DNA of 64,000 nucleotides from Naegleria gruberi (Eukaryota): NCBI GenBank assembly GCA_000004985.1, contig GG738845.1; one strand, 5' to 3'. Shown piece by piece: positions 60,349 to 64,000 of this stretch (position 1 is its first letter; each line of letters starts with the position of its first letter). The notes under the pieces were generated by a model. It saw only the letters and a program-made list of their open reading frames with translations, ran no database searches and was not told where the DNA came from. The position numbers and the translations under genes were made by a program.

Positions 60349-62715
60349 TTAATCGATTGACAGATTCAAGTCCCTTCTCCAGTGTAGGGGAAGTTTGCAT
60401 TGTGTAATGAGTGCTAAATATTTGATTTTCTCTTTGCCTGAAATCATATTCTGTGAAAAACAATAATCAATAAATGAAACCAGTTTGGTGTTGATGAGTT
60501 GGTGAACAATTTGATGGGCCAGTTTTTCAGAGCCATTTAGTGGTGGGTAAATTTCAAACCAAGGAAGTACGGATTCTGATATAATTGAAATACATTGTCT
60601 TACATATTCATCCACTAGACCAATGTCTTGTACTATTGAAGGGAATTTGAAATTATGTACAGTATTACATAATCTCTCAGTGATGGTCTCCATTATTTTT
60701 TTGTCTTCATTTGTGTTGGTAGGACTGGATAGTAAATACACTTTGTACTCTTTTACTATTTCTATAGCATTTCTGGTTTGAGTAAAGTCCATAGGATTGT
60801 AAATTTTAGATAAAGTATGCTGTATAAAAGGAAAGATGGTTTTTCTAATAATTTCTGGTAAAATTGTTTCCTCATCAATCTCATTGTTTTCACCGTAGTT
60901 AAAGAGCGTTTTCCAAAATTCAAATACTGAAAATGATGTACATAGTAATGGGCTAACAGACCAGGAAGGTAATTGGCCCTCAATATTTTTCATTTCACCA
61001 AAACTGATAGGGGAACCAGTAGTAAACAATTCATATCTTGAAAAGATTGAAAACATTTTTTGTAAACAAAGGCTGCAATATGTATCCCTATATAGGGAAG
61101 GATATTTGGATTTCCAACCCTCAAACCGAGTTTTCAGTAAAGTTAAACTATAATAATCCTCATCCACATCGTTGAAAACAGTTTTCATTTTTTCAACTAG
61201 TATTGCCACTTCCTGTAAAAATCTATCGTAGGTTATTTCTACTGTTCCATCTCCGCCAAAAGAAGCTGCACGCTCATATTGATCTTCTCTGTAAGCTGTT
61301 ATGAAAGAAGCATGTCCATGAAACGACTTTTCAAATAACTGTCTGTAATATCGCTCTTGTATGTCCAATATTTGAGATTCTATTATTTCAATCTCAGGAA
61401 GTTTTGTATCTAAAAGGTCCGATAAGTTGTCGGTAAATCTTCCCATTTCTTGGAAGTACTCATATTGTTCCTTGTATTGGTCTATATCTTCATTTAATTG
61501 AGAAAGATTCTTGGCGCAATGTTCGATATCGGTATTGGTATCTAAAACAACCTTCATACAGCCAGAATGAGAAATTTCAAGTTCTTTCATTCGTTCCAAT
61601 AATTGCTTTTCTACAATTTCAAAAGATTCTATAAGCTTGGTATCATTCTTTGAATCAAATCTATTAATGGATTCCTCTAACATTCTACTTTCTTCAATCT
61701 TTAGCATTGCTTCTTTTTCTACTTCTTCACTCGATTTGAATAAATTATTTTGTGTAAAAATTGTGGAAGAGTTTTCTGGAAGATACAAGCCTGCATTTCT
61801 CATTTGTTTCATTTCAAAATCAGTGATTTCTTTGTTTTTTTCTTCATCTTCAATAGATTCGGTATCATCCATCTCAATTTCTCCATATGATTCTTTTTGA
61901 TCTCCCTTATTCCTATCATCGTTAGGTTTTCCAAACATAATTTTTGATTCCTTCCAAGATTCGAACACTTCTTCATCCCTGTTAATAATTTCATCTATAT
62001 TATCTTCAAAATCATCATCTCTCACCAATCTTCCCTCATCTAGATTTTTATGTAAAACAATGTCTCCATTTTTCATAACTATTGAATAATTACTGTTGTT
62101 GGAAAATCCTAAACCGGGTTTATCCGGCATGTATTCAAGAGGTATGTATTCCTCAGATTCTGAAACTGTACTATTTTCTTGATTATTTCCTTCCCTAATT
62201 TTTTTTCTTTTCATCTTGATAGCCTGAATTGTAATATCGTCTGGTATTTCTGTTTGATCTTGATTAGTCATGACATCGTCGACAGTTAAATCCTCATCAT
62301 TAACATGTACCACTACTGTGGTAACTGTTGGCTCATGAATTATAGGGGTTTCCTGTACATTTCGTTTCCTTTTTTTAAGATCTGAAGTTGAAAATGTTGC
62401 ATTTTGTTTAGTATTCCTCTTTTCTCTCGGTTGAAATTTCAAAGTTGAGTCTTCTTGCTGTTTATAATTTTCTTGAAGTATTTGCTCATTGTGCATTGAT
62501 CCATACAATTCAAGAAAATCTATGGTAGTAGTATTGGATTTTTTCGTACTAGATGAAGTAACAGAAACTATTGCTTGCTTCTCCGATAATAAATCGCTAA
62601 TAGCCCGTTGGTCATTTTCATTTATAACGACACTGCTTTCATCCAACACTGTATTATTGGCACCTTCTTTGCCCCGTTGATTGGAGGAACTCTTCGCAAC
62701 CCTTTTTTTAATCAT
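60349..62715 (-). CDS. GCFC-domain protein (PAXBP1/GCFC2/Ntr2-like spliceosome disassembly and transcription factor), 788 aa
   Basis: ATG at 62715..62713. The C-terminal half fits the GCFC domain: FNDVDEDYYSLTLLKTRFEGWKSKYPSLYRDTYCSLCLQKMFSIFSRYELF...WSVSPL (compare f.dv.eef.s...v...Fe.Wk..y..sY.dAY.slcLp.l..P.vR.el..W.P). The N-terminus is acidic and Ser-rich. Confidence 0.65.
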   Translation of the reverse strand: MIKKRVAKSSSNQRGKEGANNTVLDESSVVINENDQRAISDLLSEKQAIVSVTSSSTKKSNTTTIDFLELYGSMHNEQILQENYKQQEDSTLKFQPREKRNTKQNATFSTSDLKKRKRNVQETPIIHEPTVTTVVVHVNDEDLTVDDVMTNQDQTEIPDDITIQAIKMKRKKIREGNNQENSTVSESEEYIPLEYMPDKPGLGFSNNSNYSIVMKNGDIVLHKNLDEGRLVRDDDFEDNIDEIINRDEEVFESWKESKIMFGKPNDDRNKGDQKESYGEIEMDDTESIEDEEKNKEITDFEMKQMRNAGLYLPENSSTIFTQNNLFKSSEEVEKEAMLKIEESRMLEESINRFDSKNDTKLIESFEIVEKQLLERMKELEISHSGCMKVVLDTNTDIEHCAKNLSQLNEDIDQYKEQYEYFQEMGRFTDNLSDLLDTKLPEIEIIESQILDIQERYYRQLFEKSFHGHASFITAYREDQYERAASFGGDGTVEITYDRFLQEVAILVEKMKTVFNDVDEDYYSLTLLKTRFEGWKSKYPSLYRDTYCSLCLQKMFSIFSRYELFTTGSPISFGEMKNIEGQLPSWSVSPLLCTSFSVFEFWKTLFNYGENNEIDEETILPEIIRKTIFPFIQHTLSKIYNPMDFTQTRNAIEIVKEYKVYLLSSPTNTNEDKKIMETITERLCNTVHNFKFPSIVQDIGLVDEYVRQCISIISESVLPWFEIYPPLNGSEKLAHQIVHQLINTKLVSFIDYCFSQNMISGKEKIKYLALITQCKLPLHWRRDLNLSID

Positions 62716-62802
62716 TTTTTTTGTTGGTTGAACGTGTTTTTACTTAAAAAATTATATTCATCAAGTTTTATTGGACACTACTTGATAATTATCACAACTA
62801 GG

Positions 62803-64000
62803 ATGGATACAACAGTACAACAAGATGTTGCTTCCATAATAGCAGCTTCAAATTGTAGTGGTGTTGGAGGTAATGTACAACAAGTAGGATCATCCTCAAA
62901 CAAACCCAAGACCAGAAGAGGAAGACCACCAAAGGCACAACAGAAAACAGCTTCCGTTGTATCCTCAAGTCACCTACACAATGTTTTAGAATTTAAACAA
63001 ACATATTCAAGATTGCTCCGAAAACAACAAGAAATTATGGAACAAAAAAGACCAAAATCTCTATTGGATACCAGTTTAATGTCGATCAATGATTTAATGA
63101 ATGACCTCAGTGATGACGAAGAAGATATTAGCAGTGGAACAAATCAACAACCTGTTGCAGGTAGTGAAAATTTTAATAATTTAATGGAAGAGGATGAATT
63201 GGAAGATATGATGTCAACAACAGCCACACGAACAAATAATAATAATTTATTGATAATACCTCCAGAAAAACAATCACTTAGGGATTTGCTTCAATTCAAA
63301 GATTTAGCTATCAAAAAACCAGAGCAAATAATAGAGGAAGCAATACGAAAAGAATTAAAACGAACCAGAGGAATGGAGGATGAAATAGATATGGATGTAC
63401 CAAATGATGTAAGAAAAGTAATTGATTTTTCTAGAATACCCAAATTTACAACAATTCTGGAAGAGATGGGAGAAAGTACCGAAGGAACTAGCCAACAATG
63501 TGTCTATAGTATTACAGAAGAAGCTAAAGTAGAGAATGGGTATTTTTTACCAAAGAGGAACGAAAACTTTATTGCACCTACAGAAGAAGCTAATTATTTT
63601 GGAAAATACCACAAAGAGAAGAATGAAAAAGTACCATTGGATGAAGTAGTTCTACAAGTGGCCATTTATCACCCTATTAGAAATACTAAAGTTCAAGAGT
63701 TTATGGTTCTGGGAAGCCAAAAACTTACAGAACTAAGGGATTGTATAGATTGTATATCTAATACTGTTTTTGGAGATGTCAATAATTATTTCACATCATC
63801 AGCCTATTTATTTATTGAGAATATATTTTACAATGATAGAAGAATTGCAAATAATATTGATTACAGTGAAAATATTATTGAGTGGATGAAAACTTTTGAA
63901 GATGGCTCCACATCAAAAGCACATGTATTTTCCTCATTGAAAATGGAGGATGTTTCTTTTTATGATTTATCAATAAGGTTAAACGAGCCTTATATTTATT
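62803..64000 (+). CDS. SNAPC3: snRNA-activating protein complex subunit 3 (SNAPC3/SNAP50-like), 3' end truncated by the window (absent from the ORF track)
   Basis: ATG at 62803. I read the frame codon by codon to base 64000 and found no stop. The conserved SNAP50 core is VVLQVAIYHPIRNTKVQEFMVLGSQKLTELRDCIDCISN...SAYLFIENIFYNDRR...DYSENIIEWM...MEDVSFYDLSIRLNEPYIY (compare vLg.q.LteLrD.i.C ... yffie..fYnD.r ... f.dL..rlg.pYlY). Confidence 0.6.
   Translation, partial: MDTTVQQDVASIIAASNCSGVGGNVQQVGSSSNKPKTRRGRPPKAQQKTASVVSSSHLHNVLEFKQTYSRLLRKQQEIMEQKRPKSLLDTSLMSINDLMNDLSDDEEDISSGTNQQPVAGSENFNNLMEEDELEDMMSTTATRTNNNNLLIIPPEKQSLRDLLQFKDLAIKKPEQIIEEAIRKELKRTRGMEDEIDMDVPNDVRKVIDFSRIPKFTTILEEMGESTEGTSQQCVYSITEEAKVENGYFLPKRNENFIAPTEEANYFGKYHKEKNEKVPLDEVVLQVAIYHPIRNTKVQEFMVLGSQKLTELRDCIDCISNTVFGDVNNYFTSSAYLFIENIFYNDRRIANNIDYSENIIEWMKTFEDGSTSKAHVFSSLKMEDVSFYDLSIRLNEPYIY

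Noticed and set aside
61249-61262. A near-match to the GC box inside coding sequence (TCTCCGCCAAAAGA within the GCFC-domain gene)
   Set aside because: It has one mismatch in the core (CTCCGCC instead of TCCCGCC or GCCGCCC). It lies about 1.45 kb inside a CDS, far from any start codon. I count it as background, and it is recorded because it bears on motif specificity.
1-64000. Prokaryote-style systems such as CRISPR arrays, defence islands, operons, IS elements, integrases or toxin-antitoxin pairs
   Set aside because: The window is clearly eukaryotic. It has spliceosomal GT..AG introns, eukaryote-only genes (IFT52, BBS4, a nucleoporin, Sec61 beta, AP sigma, CDC73, PHF5A) and no direct-repeat or spacer structure. 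I saw no transposase, reverse transcriptase or long terminal or inverted repeats.

Overview
This window is eukaryotic nuclear DNA, not prokaryotic. It is AT-rich, and TAA, TAG and TGA all terminate well-supported genes, so the code is standard. I find 32 protein-coding genes and 1 tRNA in 64 kb. Spacers range from 1 bp to about 430 bp. Twelve genes carry 26 very short GT..AG introns (25 of them 37-64 nt). That is about 0.8 introns per gene, with about 37% of genes interrupted. The gene content combines housekeeping functions with cilium and centriole functions (IFT52, BBS4, LRRC56/ODA8, DNAI7/CASC1, DRC12-like, SCLT1-like). Together with the S/N/K-rich proteins, this fits a free-living amoeboflagellate such as a heterolobosean (Naegleria-like). 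That taxonomic guess is a low-confidence inference. Four genes are missing from the ORF track and were recovered by hand: Pcc1/LAGE3-like, Sec61 beta and a 123-aa protein (all split by introns), and SNAPC3-like (runs off the window end). There are no CRISPR arrays, operons, transposons, rRNA genes or long repeats. The most interesting signal is a GC-rich E2F-like box (TTTSSCGCC, core GGCGGGA or GGGCGGC). Its exact core occurs 7 times. All 7 copies lie in short intergenic promoters, 15-135 bp upstream of an ATG. Five of the seven flanking target genes are recognisably cilium or centriole genes (DNAI7, LRRC56, BBS4, DRC12-like, IFT52). A sixth is SCLT1-like (moderate confidence), and the seventh is an unassigned coiled-coil gene. 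I did not see the box in promoters that serve only housekeeping genes. This suggests a candidate cis-regulatory code for the flagellar regulon in a lineage that, to my knowledge, lacks the animal RFX/X-box system. Other notable items are a kinesin-like protein with degenerate switch motifs and a C-terminal PH domain, a Kelch/SH3/p25-alpha fusion protein, a TFIIIC-like protein with homeodomain-like and Myb-like inserts, and convergent genes whose stop codons are 1-24 bp apart.
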